DNA of 63,926 nt, counting the filler, from Hausera hauseri (taxonomy: Eukaryota): NCBI GenBank assembly GCA_046269625.1. It is 12 parts of 12 records of this genome, joined end to end, with 100 filler letters (N's around TTAATTAATTAA, not from the genome) between each part and the next. Parts side by side here need not be neighbours in the genome. Positions count along the whole stretch, not along the records: positions 1 to 8,335 come from JBJURY010683216.1; positions 8,436 to 14,428 come from JBJURY010157089.1; 10 more parts are not named here. The stretch is one strand, 5' to 3'. Under the pieces are notes generated by a model. It was given only the letters and a program-made list of their open reading frames with translations. It searched no databases and was not told the origin of the DNA. A program made the translations under genes and the position numbers. Below, one piece after another: positions 1-11,101 of the stretch (position 1 is the first letter of the stretch; every line of letters begins with the position of its first letter).

Positions 1-149
1 TGCGTGTGTGTGATATAAAGCGATGTACTTTAAAATACATCCACAAAATCGAAAAAATAATCGATATTTTTCTAATGCTTTTGTCTAAAACCGCATAAAA
101 GTTTATGTTTTTCTTGCGTCTTATAAATATTGTGTGTGACAAGGTTGAT

Positions 150-1039
150 ATCATATTGCTTACACTTACCTTTTTCTTGCGTCTAATATACTTCTTTATG
201 TGTGTGTGTGTGTGTGTGTGAAAAATCGATTTTTACCTCAAATATTTGTCTAAAACCGCATAAAAGTTCATGTGTTAAAAGTTCACATGTACGTAGAAAA
301 TTCGCTTTCCTCTTCTGTGCGTTGATGGAGATGCTTAAAAACTTTGCGACACACATCCATAATCAGCAAACGATGACCGATCGATCGAACCCGGTCATGT
401 TAAATTTCGAAGAAAAAAATTTTCCGTTTCCAACGGGCATACTCTTTGCCGATTTTTGATGTTTCTCTTCGCACTTCCGTTCCGAATCGGGGTTTTTCCA
501 TTCGGACACCGTTATCGCATAGCTCGCGTCTTGGACTTTTGTTCCATATGCTACTCGACACGGGCCGCCTTCATCAGGGCACACACATGAACATCTGTGA
601 CGTCATCGGTGCATCGTGTACCTTTCTTTCCGGTTCCGTTCGCCTACCCGCCGTTCAAATGTTACGGTACCGGTGCCGGCTCACCCATCACGTTTTCCCG
701 TTCGCCATAAACCATATGCCAGTTCTAGATCACTTTTCTGCCCTCGCCCCGTGCTTCTGCGCAGTACCTGATCGACTTCGTTCCTTCACCATTCGATGCG
801 TCTTCCGTGTCCCATAATTTCTGTAACACACATGACCGTGCACCTCTTCCTTCTAACATCCGCTTTTTCGTGCACGTCTCCTGCTTCCGGGGTGCACCGT
901 GCACCTGTGCACGTGTATTGTTTTGAAATCTCCGTGCCAGAATCTGCTCAGCCGGTGCCTGTGTGCGCATCAAGGACGCTTCGTATTGGCTGCATGGGGG
1001 GCGAGTGGGGGTGATCCAGAATCGGCCTTTTATACTACT
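150..1039 (-). repeat. Polinton-type terminal inverted repeat, copy 1 (terminus at 1039)
   Basis: The reverse complement begins AGTAGTATAAAAGG at 1039 and is collinear with 26296..27190 for about 890 nt. A 5'-AG terminus with a short tandem repeat (AGTAGT) is the established Polinton end signature. Bases 1-150 contain a partial duplicate of the inner sub-repeat (tttgtctaaaaccgcataaaag at ~80 and ~246). Confidence 0.75.
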
Positions 1040-1517
1040 CACATTGTGAGAGGTTTTGATTCTGCCACTCATGCCTGACGGTTTGCTGCTATGGCATGAT
1101 TTTCGCCAAATGAGTCGTTTTCGTGTCTGTGCTGTAATTCAGAGCCGTTTCAATGAGTGCTTTGATACTGCATAGACTGGTGTTGCCTTCGATTTTGACA
1201 CTGTTCAGAGTCAGTGAAGTCTCCTGGAACAGTGTGAGGAAAAGGTAATTGGTCGGAGTGACAGTGTCTGTTGTTGCGAGAACCGTTGCCGAATCTTTTT
1301 TAACAATGACTTTTGCATAGAGTAGTGTATCGTTCAAATCCAGGTATTCATTATCCGATGCCATAATGTTGAACTGAATATCAATGTTATCGTCCGTTGA
1401 AATAAAATCAACGGGGTAGATTTCCTCAAATGCCGCATTGTCAATAACAACTTGTGGCACCACTTTGTCAAATATACACAATTCAGATTTTGCTGATGCC
1501 GTTTGTCTGTCTGTCAA
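1040..1517 (-). pseudogene. Polinton/adintovirus major capsid (hexon-like) protein, N-terminal part, interrupted by the TIR
   Basis: AKSELCIF..VPQVVI...FEEIYPV..IQFNI...EYLDLNDTLLY..K and NYLFLTLF is the typical Polinton MCP N-terminus. A frameshifted continuation (RQA*VAESKPLTM) runs up to 1040. Confidence 0.8.
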
Positions 1518-1860
1518 TCAATCGAAACTCCTACGACGACGACGTTTGTTTATAGTTGATGAGGTCGATGATGCTCTACGGCGTTTTCTCAAGCCATTGC
1601 CAGCGAATTGTTTTTTGAATGATTTAACGACTCCCGATGCAGCGCCTTTTATTTCGAATAAGGCGTATTCCTTCAGTGATGGTAAAATCGATTTGTTTTT
1701 ATATAGTACGACCTGTGCTGTTTTTGCTGCCACGGCCCCAATACGTTTCAACAATGAAATGCTAAACGTGCCAATGTACGCAACCATCCAGAGACATACT
1801 GTTTACCAACGAAATACGACAGTTTACCGCCCTGTTGGGCTTTACTGTAAATGGAAGCGA
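1518..1860 (-). pseudogene. Basic core protein (pVII/pX-like) of the Polinton
   Basis: An upstream frame reads QQGGKLSYFVGKQYVSGWLRTLARLAF and frameshifts into ORF 1518..1787, which ends in an Arg-rich tail. It lies between penton and hexon. Confidence 0.6.
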
Positions 1861-1868
1861 TTTTAGAA

Positions 1869-2937
1869 TCAATCATACTGTTGTTGGATTCGACGGAAAT
1901 AAAGAGTTAGACTGGCTGTGGTACCGTAAGGAAATTCAATAAGGTAGCCCGCGTCACATCGGATATTCATTTCAACATTGTTTATAGATGTGGATGCCAC
2001 GGGTAGGTACATTGGATTATCGAGCTTGACAGTGACATTGTCGCCGGCAATACACTTGCTGGTTTGCGGATAAAGTTCTCGGAGTAGTGGTACATGTACT
2101 CCATCGACCAAAATCGGTTCGGTGACGTTCATGTAAATGTATATTTTATTTAGTCCCGTTTTCAGTTCGGGTTTGAGTGTTGCAACATGCGCCACCGCCG
2201 CCTCAAACCGTTGTTTTTTAAAACCCAATACCATGGCCAAAGCTTTGTCCAATGAAATGTCGACAATATCCTTAGCCAGTTCAAATTTAATATACCCATT
2301 TGCATCTGACTCGAAAACTTTAAATATCGCCTTGTATTTTTGATTTGACGAAAAGTGTTGACAGAGACGTGCTACAGATTCGCAATAAACATTGTCTCCA
2401 ATCGATACGTATGACGTTAACACCCTTTTTGTTGCATAGGTAAATTTCGCCGTTGTTTGGTAATATATGGGACTTAATCGCGGACCAACTACATATTCAC
2501 TTTTAATGTTTACCTTTGTACTCTGTATGTTTGAATCCAAATTTCTGCGCCATCTCAGAGGACTCAAATGTAACGGTAAATTCAAAATCTGCCATAAAAT
2601 ATAAGTTTCGATCTATAATAAAAACACCGATCTTGCCGTGTAAACTGTAATTTGCTTCGGTCGTGCAAATGGCCGATTCTCCAACTGATATTTTATTGTC
2701 AGTAAGTGTCAGAGGACAAGAATGTGTTTTGGTTTCAGCAACAGTCTTGTTGTACGTTATTTTCATACTACCTTTCAGTGTCACCGGTGCGTAGGGAAAG
2801 TTAAACTCCGTCATTGCAACCTCCCATTTTCCAGATAAATCCAAAGGATTGTTCCAATCTACAACGTATACACTGGCGGAATTGTTTGGATGAGTCGTTG
2901 GACAAATGTTGCTCGTCAACATTATGTAAATACTCAT
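1869..2937 (-). pseudogene. Minor capsid (penton-like) protein 1, one frameshift near 2530-2580
   Basis: N-terminus IYIMLTSN..HPNNSASVY....PLDLSGKWEVAMTEF; C-terminus IYIYMNVTEPILVDGVHVPLLR...PMYLPV...INNVEMNIR.DAG..I.F..G...LTLYFRR. Confidence 0.8.
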
Positions 2938-3072
2938 TCTGATTTAGCGGATAGACCAGGGGGCGGGGATTTTCCAAACCTACCCAAGCTGGGCGACGAT
3001 GTGGACGGCGTGGAGGCGACCGCGGTCTACAGTCATGATGTTGATGATGATGGTGATGACGCAGTTTGTTTA

Positions 3073-4137
3073 TTATCGACGACGTCGAAAATGTAACGTC
3101 AAATGTGTCGTTCACCCAAACAGAAATTTAATGGGTTCCAAAAATTCATCAAGCATATACACGGGAATACTGTGCACAATATTGTGAGACAATGATAAGT
3201 ACGTGGGTCTGAGCATATTAATGCAAACAGTTTTACCCGATGTTTTACACGTGTCAGAATCTCGTTCGACAGAAGCCAGTAGTCGTTTACGTTTTCCACC
3301 TACGAGTACGGATTCGGTTAAGTCCATTAAAATGTTGATTCTATGAAATGCTACATATAGTTGCAGTTTGTATTTGGTAAGAATAGATTGTTCAACAATG
3401 GTTTGATAGAATTAACGTTTTGCAAAACCGTGATTCCGAGCCAATAATTCATCAAAGGCAAAATATGTTACATTGTCATGTAGTGTAAGCAAAATGTGAC
3501 CATCTGCTTTTATTTCACATGTCTTTACAGCCAATGTAGCTGTTTTCTTGACGTATTCACACAATTCCAGTTCCGTTTCCATTAATAAATTGTGTGGTAT
3601 AATATAGGAGCGGAAGACTGCTTCTGACATAGTCCACTTTACAATAATATCAAATTCCGCATCGGATGAAAGGTCCAATTTTTCACCAATTATAACATGT
3701 CCACCTAACCGTAGACCTTTTGAGTGTGCATTGACTGATTAAAAACCCAATGCCTGAGCATCAGCTATAGATTTAAAATGCATTTCAATTGGATTTCGAT
3801 GTAATAGTTTCATACTGTAGTTTGAAAAATAAGAATAAACCGGTAAATATTGTCTCAAATAATTGCGAAGTGTATATCGGTTATTGTGTCGGATTGTCCG
3901 CAAACGACTTGAAATGTGGTACGTTTCTTATCGGGTAAAATAAATACCACTGTTCTGACGTATTGTCATTGGTGAAAATTTAAATGTGAATACCGTCAAA
4001 GCCACTTCCCAGGCTCCCTGGCGTAAATCGACCGATTGGTCCAAGTGCATGGTAAAGTGTGCAGCGGTATTGTCATTGTCGTCATGTTGTGATAATGATT
4101 TGTTACTATCAACTAACAAGTAAATGCTGCTGCTCAT
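3073..4137 (-). pseudogene. Minor capsid (penton-like) protein 2, several disruptions
   Basis: N-terminus IYLLVDSN....NTAAHF..HLDQSVDL.QGAWEVAL; C-terminus DLTESVLVGGKRKRLL...PTYLSL...IPVYMLDEFLEPIKF..G*TTHLTLHFRRR. The two-block pattern matches penton 1. Confidence 0.7.
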
Positions 4138-4189
4138 TGAATGTGTGATGCAAAAATCCAACTCGGTGCAGTGTATCCGTGCCACTTAT

Positions 4190-5123
4190 GAGATATTGTT
4201 TATTCAAACCTTTGCCACGTGAACGTACCTGCAGTTCCTGTCCGTAGAATTTACCGCGTATTTCCTCACCGTTTTCATCCTCTAAAACGTACATGACAGG
4301 TGTTTGTTTTGTGTTAATTGCCACAATGCGGAAAACCTCGTCGCTTCAGTTCTGGTTGAAATTCTTAATGAATGGCGTCGTACTTATTTTCGAAATACGT
4401 ATGTAGGCACCGATTTTATATTTTGGGCGATTAATTGCCTGTCCTTGTGTTCGGTTTTGATAATGCCACATGTCCAAATTATCGATTACGTCAACCGGGC
4501 GCATTCCGTTGATTCCACGATGTGTCGAATAATTGTATGCATGAATAATATCCGGCAGTACATCTGCTCAACGTTTGTTGCCTTGTTTCGTAAAGAATTT
4601 GTTTAGGTGACCGCGCAATATTCGATTAAATCATTCAACGAGTGCAACCTTGTATTGGGAAAACACGGAGTAGCGGTTTACGCCAAACCGTATCAAGACC
4701 GCTGCAACGTGGGCGTTGTAGAATTCCTTACCCAAATCCGTTTGTACATGCTTCGGCTATTGTTGTTGTTGTTTTATCAGTGTCTGAACAGCGTCGTCAA
4801 TTTCTTTACCGGATTTAGATTTCACGGCAATTGCACGTGCAAAACGACTAAACACACCAACGCATATTAGCACATACCGATACCCATCGTTTATTCTAGC
4901 GTACGGAATCATTTCCATTAGATCCATTTGCCATACGTTATTTATACCGCAGCACGATATGCACGAGTTCGAAACCGCCTTCTTATCGGTTTGTTTAGGC
5001 TGTATGCTAATTGTTTTCCGAGCCAACGCTGGGTCTGTTGCCGAGTTTTTTTACAGTTTTTGCCAGTTTGTCGACGCCAGTATACCCTACGGGATGATAT
5101 GGATCGAACCACACGTTGCCCAT
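4190..5123 (-). pseudogene. Polinton retroviral-like (DDE) integrase
   Basis: WFDPYHPVGYTG, VWQMDLMEM...YRYVLICV.VFSRF, VQTDLGKEFYN, VE*FNR.LR and the C-terminal YVLEDENGEEIRGKFYGQELQ, spread over several frames. Confidence 0.85.
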
Positions 5124-5266
5124 CGTTGTCGTCGATGGTGCCGGTTTTGCTTGCGTTACAACAATTTGAACAAAACGTAAATGAAAGATACTGTAAACTG
5201 GGACAGAAGAATGAAAACCATGCACCCATATCGCAAATCACCATATACTTACCGCCATTGTTTATA

Positions 5267-5590
5267 CTAAACTGTTCCCCCAATGAGTCCACCCAGTAAT
5301 GACGTGACAATCGGTAGAATTGCACCAATGAATCCTCCGTCTTGCTGGTACATGATATCTCGTTTCAGTCGTTTACTACGAGCTTTGGAAAGGCCAATGA
5401 GTCGTTTTCTATACTTTAGTAAATTCCGCTTTCCACTACCAATGTCAACGTGGCCCACAACGATATTGTACAAAATTTTCATCAAATCGCCTACTACAAA
5501 TTGCTGAAATGATCGTAGCATTTTTCGCTTATGTCTCGTAGGTGCCTTGAGCAAAGCAATAAAGTACGGCTGACTACGTTTGAATCGCAT
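5267..5590 (-). CDS. Small basic virion core protein with a GGF cleavage-like motif and hydrophobic C-terminus
   Basis: Intact 107-aa ORF, K/R-rich, ending QQDGGFIGAILPIVTSLLGGLIGG. This is the pattern of the small ORF next to the ATPase in adintovirus-like elements. Confidence 0.65.
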   Translation of the reverse strand: MRFKRSQPYFIALLKAPTRHKRKMLRSFQQFVVGDLMKILYNIVVGHVDIGSGKRNLLKYRKRLIGLSKARSKRLKRDIMYQQDGGFIGAILPIVTSLLGGLIGGTV

Positions 5591-5734
5591 TTGCGTCTAG
5601 TTGCTGCTGCTGTTGTTTGAAGCACAGAATTGATTAATCGCTTGACTGTAGCGGTTCATTTAAATATACGTTTCTTGCCGGACACCCGCTTGGCAGGTTT
5701 ACGTTTAACAATTGTTTTCCAAAAATTCTTCGTT

Positions 5735-6398
5735 TTATCACTATCGTGTCGTCGTCGATTTTCGAATGTGTTTATAGACACATACGCCTTTCTGATTGAA
5801 AATGTCCGTTCGTACATGCATGTCATCGGTATACTGTTGTATAAAGTCAATGAGCAAGTATCCGTGTGGCTCGGTGGTAGCTTTATGATATGCATCTATC
5901 AAGTAGGCTCGGTTGTAAGGAAATTTTTGTCGTGCAACATAATCAATCGCGGGGATTTTTGAACAACACCAAATAGTGTACGTTTAGATTTTTTGTTCGA
6001 TGCTGTCCGACTTGATGGAACATGTTTAGCGTAATAAAAATAACTGTCACACCACGGTGCCGTGCAATCTTTGTGAACAGGTTGTTGAAGTCCGATTGTT
6101 TCGTGGCTTCCTGAAATATATCGTCAATGACAATAATGTCACCGTTGAGTAATCCCTCTGACCAGTTTTCATCAAACCCATCAATTACCGTTATCGTCGA
6201 TGATTTCAATTTACAAAATTCCCGTTGTGTCAAACCGGACTCACCATCATCACCAACAACTTGATGCCAGTATATGTGATTGTACCGCGGTAAATGGAAC
6301 AGGTCAAGGTAATTCTGCAATAGTTTACACACAAAGTGTGTTTTTCCACTTCCACTGGGGCCTACAATCTGGAAAATTGCATCATTCTGCAGCTTCAT
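5735..6398 (-). pseudogene. A32/FtsK-like packaging ATPase
   Basis: Walker A GPSGSGKT, Walker B IIVIDD, LFTKIARHRGVTVIFIT.N.F and YLVLFKNPRD. A frameshift near 5945 leads into AY..AT.EPHGYLLID. Confidence 0.9.
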
Positions 6399-6481
6399 CT
6401 AAATAATACAACCTTTCCTCACATGATTTGTTTATAATCATGTTACATATAAATAGCTATAGTATAAACACTGTTTCCATA

Positions 6482-6942
6482 ATGTTAGCTAATATCAACT
6501 ATCGCGGACGTGATACCGAGTGTATTAATACACTACCATTTAATCAATGGAAGCCGAGGCAGTATGTCTTCAAGTGTACACCGGATTTTACGTGTATCAT
6601 ATTTCAATCGGGCAAGTGTCGAATAATGGGTTGTCGCAAACCAATCACAATTAACAACAGTAAACTACTGCCATTCGGAATTGTCATTGACCAAATTTAA
6701 TCAATAACGGTAACGACTCAGTTTGACTGCCATCAATCAATCTGTACAAATTAGCAATGGCCACTGAATGTACGTATGAACCCGAACTGTATCCTGCACT
6801 GCGATTGATATTGTTTTGCCCACTTTGTTTCAATGTGTTTAGCAGTGAAAAAATTGTTGTACTCGGTATTCGGACAGTGGACCATGAACCGATTATTAAA
6901 TAAATTAAAAAGCATATAAACAGTTTTAGTGAATCAAAATAA
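6482..6942 (+). pseudogene. TBP-like gene, copy 1 (premature stop at 6698, frameshift near 6725)
   Basis: Repeat 1 is TCIIFQSGKCRIMGCRK. After the disruptions the sequence reads LPSINLYKLA...CTYEPELYPALRL....LCFNVFSSEKIVVLG, matching the TBP motif YEPELFPGL..R......LIF.SGK.V.TG. Confidence 0.8.
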
Positions 6943-6959
6943 TGTACGATATTATTCCA

Positions 6960-8335
6960 GCAGTAATGACTGTCGATCCCAATAATATAGTCGATGTAGA
7001 TAAAATGACTGATACGATGTTGAAGGTAATTGCTAACAAAGTAACAGCAGAAAGGATGAATGAAATTTTACAACAATTGTTCTTACTAGCCCAAGATACT
7101 AGTCCTGTAAAAAAATAGCCAGGACAGTTTTAGCCAAAGCTACTGAAGATGAGAAAGGAAGAAATGAAACTATCAGGATAACGGTAAGAGAAGGAAACCA
7201 AGATATGAGGGTCATCAGGATGAACGAAACAGATGACATACAAACTCTACGAGACAAGATAGAGGAGTTGAAACCATTTTACCAATGAAGTCCTTATGGA
7301 TTAAATTATTATGGAAGGACATTATATAATTATGATAGGTTATTGAGAATTGGATGTAGAAGTGAGAACTAGAATCCGATAACTATAACCGAAATACATC
7401 CAGAGGCGAGAGCACGGGCAACAGTGGATAATGTCTTAAGGGAAATAGAACCACAGGGAGTAGAAGAAAACCCCGCAGGCGATACGCAAGACGTCACAGT
7501 TCAGACAGAAGCTAACGGAAGAGGTAGGCCAAAAGGAACGAAGATAAGTGACATTCGCAATAAGAAAGAAAAACGAAGAAATAGTAAGACGCTTATTGTT
7601 AGCAGGAACAAATGGTACTCTCGAATCGGTGGATATAGACCCATTACTAAGAACTCTACTGGCTAAGTTACATATGTCATTTGCCTCATTTGATATGCAG
7701 GTAATAATCCCAAACGAATTATTCACAATATTACGTAATATTATGCTACAAATAAGTTGACAGTTCTATGAGAATTTAGATGAAGAACGGATTAATGAAT
7801 TGCATCAATTAAATATCTTAGAAAAATGTTCGCAACCGGAATCGCGGGAGAGAAAGCTCAAACGGCTATATCCTATCTCCTCTATAAAATAATAGTAATT
7901 AATCACCAGACTCAAAATCTAGAAGAAATTGATCGAAATATAAAGACACCCGTAAAGATTTTGAAAGAAACGTTAGGAAATTGGGTTCAATGTAGAGGTG
8001 AATGGCTGACCAGCCTAATGAAATATATAGTGAGGTCATGGGAACGAGAAAGATTAATAGATACGTCAATGGCGACGCAACCAAACACCTCTAGACCAGG
8101 TATAACAGGTACGTCAATAATGGAGATTCTTCAAATTCTCCTAATAACGTAATTATTAATGCCAAAAGCCTTGGGTATAGTAGCTTATGATTGCTCTAAA
8201 CCTAGTAAAGGACAAAAGTATTCTCTAGTTGATTTAAACAAGTGTTCAGAAGACGACCCGGAACAGCTAACAACGACAAGTGGTCTTACCTACTGGGTAT
8301 ATCAAGAATCGGAATTCATAAAAGCGAAAATTAGA
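6960..8335 (+). mobile_element. Fragment of an env-bearing retroelement-like polyprotein (Ubl domain, AT-hook, internal signal peptide, glycoprotein N-terminus)
   Basis: Ubl-like pattern at 7170-7395, GRGRPKG near 7520, then hydrophobic ILQILLIT*LLMPKALG followed by IVAYDCSKP...YSLVDL.KC. Homologous to 43160..44290. Confidence 0.6.
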
Positions 8336-8435
8336 NNNNNNNNNNNNNNNNNNNNNNNNNNNNNNNNNNNNNNNNNNNNTTAATTAATTAANNNNNNNNN
8401 NNNNNNNNNNNNNNNNNNNNNNNNNNNNNNNNNNN
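8336..8435. other. Artificial contig spacer N44-TTAATTAATTAA-N44. Others start at 14429, 19629, 24224, 29607, 33908, 38795, 44291, 48350, 53064 and 59788
   Basis: Same 100-nt construct each time; TTAATTAATTAA gives stops in all six frames. Confidence 0.98.
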
Positions 8436-8660
8436 TTAAATTGACTAATGCATTTAATCAAATTTACATCTATTCAAGTATAGTTGAGCCGATAATGGTC
8501 GGCTCAGATCGATTTCCTCTGTTAAGATGTGTTTGGATAGATGGCTCAAAATTTAAGTATGCTGATCCAGTATATATTGTTCCGACCAATCTAATGTATT
8601 TGCCTTTTTCATTAACAAGCATAAGCAAAATAGAAGTTAATATTCGTGATGATAGTTGTA
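8436..8660 (+). pseudogene. C-terminal fragment of another Polinton penton-like gene
   Basis: NQIYIYSSIVEPIMVGSDRFPLLRCV....MYLP....ISKIEVNIRDD aligns with the C-terminus of 1869..2585. Confidence 0.8.
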
Positions 8661-9854
8661 TACACCAAACTAGTTAACTGACGAAAGAGATGGGGAGTTG
8701 AGATAGTGGACGGTGGTGTATTGCAATATGGATGACGGATTCAATAGACTTATAAAATATACGTCGCCAGCACATATGTATTGTTTGTGATTACCAAATT
8801 GAAAAATACGTGAAGATAAATTGTAGTGGCAATTCTTATGATGATACAAATTTTTCTCTATGTAAATAGTATATAAAGTTTGTATATGAAATTATACATG
8901 AATATTGTTTCAGTTTTTACTACGAATTGAATTGTAAATGTAAATACTAAATACAATTAGATATCAAGTTTTTCAAATCGATTTGTGTTTTAAAAATAAG
9001 AAGTCATATATGTTGGTAAAAGAAAGAAAATTGAAGAAAATGATTAAAGAAGATGAAATAATAAAGAAAAAAAAAAGAAAACTTCTGAGCAAACATGATT
9101 TGGCATCTCAGGGAGAACATCTATCAAACAAGATTATCAAAATTCATGGATAAAATATATGTATATCCGATATTATACTCAATTCAAACTCAGTGAAGAA
9201 CGAAAGTTCGTGTTAAGAAAACTGATGTGCAAATGATGAATTTGATCACAAAAATGCCGAAGTTACACAACTCAATGGAATATTTTAACTGTATTGAGAT
9301 TACAATTATGCTGATTAAAAACTATTTCAAACGATTATTAAACATTGCGGAATATATCTGTATATAATGTTTTTCTGTTGAAAGTCTGATGTATAGTATT
9401 GAAAAAATGGTTACTGATTGGGAACCACTGAAAAATAAAAAATTAAATAACGATTCTGACGGAATTTGCTCCAAAGACAAAATTGTCGCGGCTTTCAGTG
9501 AGTGGAGGAATTGGAAAAAGCAATTGAATTGTGTTTTTGACGTCTATGCTCTAACCACATTCCCAAAGGTTAAAAGCCAAATATTGTTGTCAGAAAAATA
9601 TAACGGAGTATGTCAAACCCTGTGAATGGATATTTAAATTAGTTATGCGAGTATATGTCGAACAATATCTCTGTTTAAACAAATGGGATTACCATCTACT
9701 GTGGAATTTTCCTTGTTATTCTGCACATATTGAAAGATTAAAAAAGATAAATCTCATTGAATTACAAGGATTGAACAAAATATCAGAACAATATCTGGAA
9801 GAGAAGAAATTTCTGGATGTATTATATGTATTATGTACATTATATGATATATTT

Positions 9855-10117
9855 ATCAATGCGGTAGATAGATTTCTGGATCAATCAACCGCTGTTATTT
9901 TACATTCATTCGAGACATCATTGAACATCGTAGGATACTTCAAAACGATGTACATGCTCGATCCACCCTCAGAACGACCGATTGTTAAAAAGGAATTTGG
10001 TCCGTACTATGAAAATAGTTACATATGCTCTATGAAGAGGTTGATAATTGTAAAATCGTCTATGATAGACAAACTGAATTGTTGGAACCAAATATTGCTC
10101 CTGGAATGCCATCCAAT
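9855..10117 (+). pseudogene. Probable axonemal dynein heavy chain N-terminal fragment
   Basis: FK.MYML....ERPIV...F..YY, then a frameshift into LHMLYEEVDNCKIVYDRQ.......PGMP, resembling the DHC_N1 region of beta-type dyneins. Confidence 0.5.
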
Positions 10118-11101
10118 ATGATTAAGTTAAGAATATCATCTCTGGAAACGACAATTGTTAATCATGGAAAACAAAAATTCCATAACGTTGAAAATGCAGT
10201 AAATGAAGTTCGAAATGGATCTACAATTCATATTGGAAGATTTGGGTTGTGTGGAATACCTGAAAATTTAATTGCTGCTATTGTTAAAACTGGGGTCAAA
10301 GATTTGACGATTGTTGGAAATAATTGTGGTACCAAGGATTTTGGAATTGGACTTTTGATAAAAAATAAACAGGTAAAACCTATCACTGCATCATTTATTG
10401 GAGAGAATCCAGAAACAATTTGACAGTTTCTGAATGGAGACATTGAAATTGAATTTTGTCCCCAAGGTACAATTGCGGAACGAATTAGAGCTGGAGGTTC
10501 GGGCATTCCCGCCTTCTACACTCCAACGAGTATAAGTTCTCTGATTGAAAGCGAAGGCTCGCCAATTAAATACTCAAATGACGGAGTACTCCTTCTATCT
10601 AGAAAACCAAAAGAAACACGGGATTTTAATGGTGTAAGGTATTTATTGGAATCAGCACTTGTTGGTGACTATTCTTTCATAAAGGTATGGAAGGCCAATA
10701 AAATTGGCAATTTGATATTTCCAAAAACGGCTAGAAACTTCAATCATCCCATGTGTAAAGCAAGTAAAAGGACTATACCTGAAGTGGAAGAGGTTGTTGA
10801 AGTTGGCGAATTTAATCCAGATCAAGTTAATATGTCTCGAATTTTTGTTGATCGGATAATTATAGGCAAAAAATTTGAAAAGCGTATTTCACGTAAAGTG
10901 ATAAAGGAGAAATTCAAATCAAAAACGGTAGAAACAAATGAAAAGAAAATACACAAAAAATTGATAGCAGAGAAAATAATCAGACGAGCAGCCGTTGAAT
11001 TGAAAGAAGGGATGTATTTAAATGTGGGAATTGGAATACCAATATTACTACCAATTTACATTCCAAAAGGTATGAACGTTACTTGGCACAGTGAGAATGG
11101 T
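10118..11101 (+). pseudogene. OXCT1: Succinyl-CoA:3-oxoacid CoA transferase, N-terminal part, intronless, one in-frame stop
   Basis: FGLCGIPENLI, PQGTIAERIRAGGSGIPAFYTPT, KTARNFNHPMCKA and NVGIGIP. It ends exactly after the catalytic SENG motif. Confidence 0.92.

Noticed and set aside
202-1072. Many overlapping ORFs here and at 26240-27192 and 33462-33850
   Set aside because: They are chance ORFs in the GC-rich TIR, and frames are not preserved between copies.
8336-8435. Recurrent TTAATTAATTAA palindrome between N runs
   Set aside because: It is an artificial six-frame-stop linker. Adjacency across it, such as TIR copy 3 next to pPolB, is not evidence of linkage.
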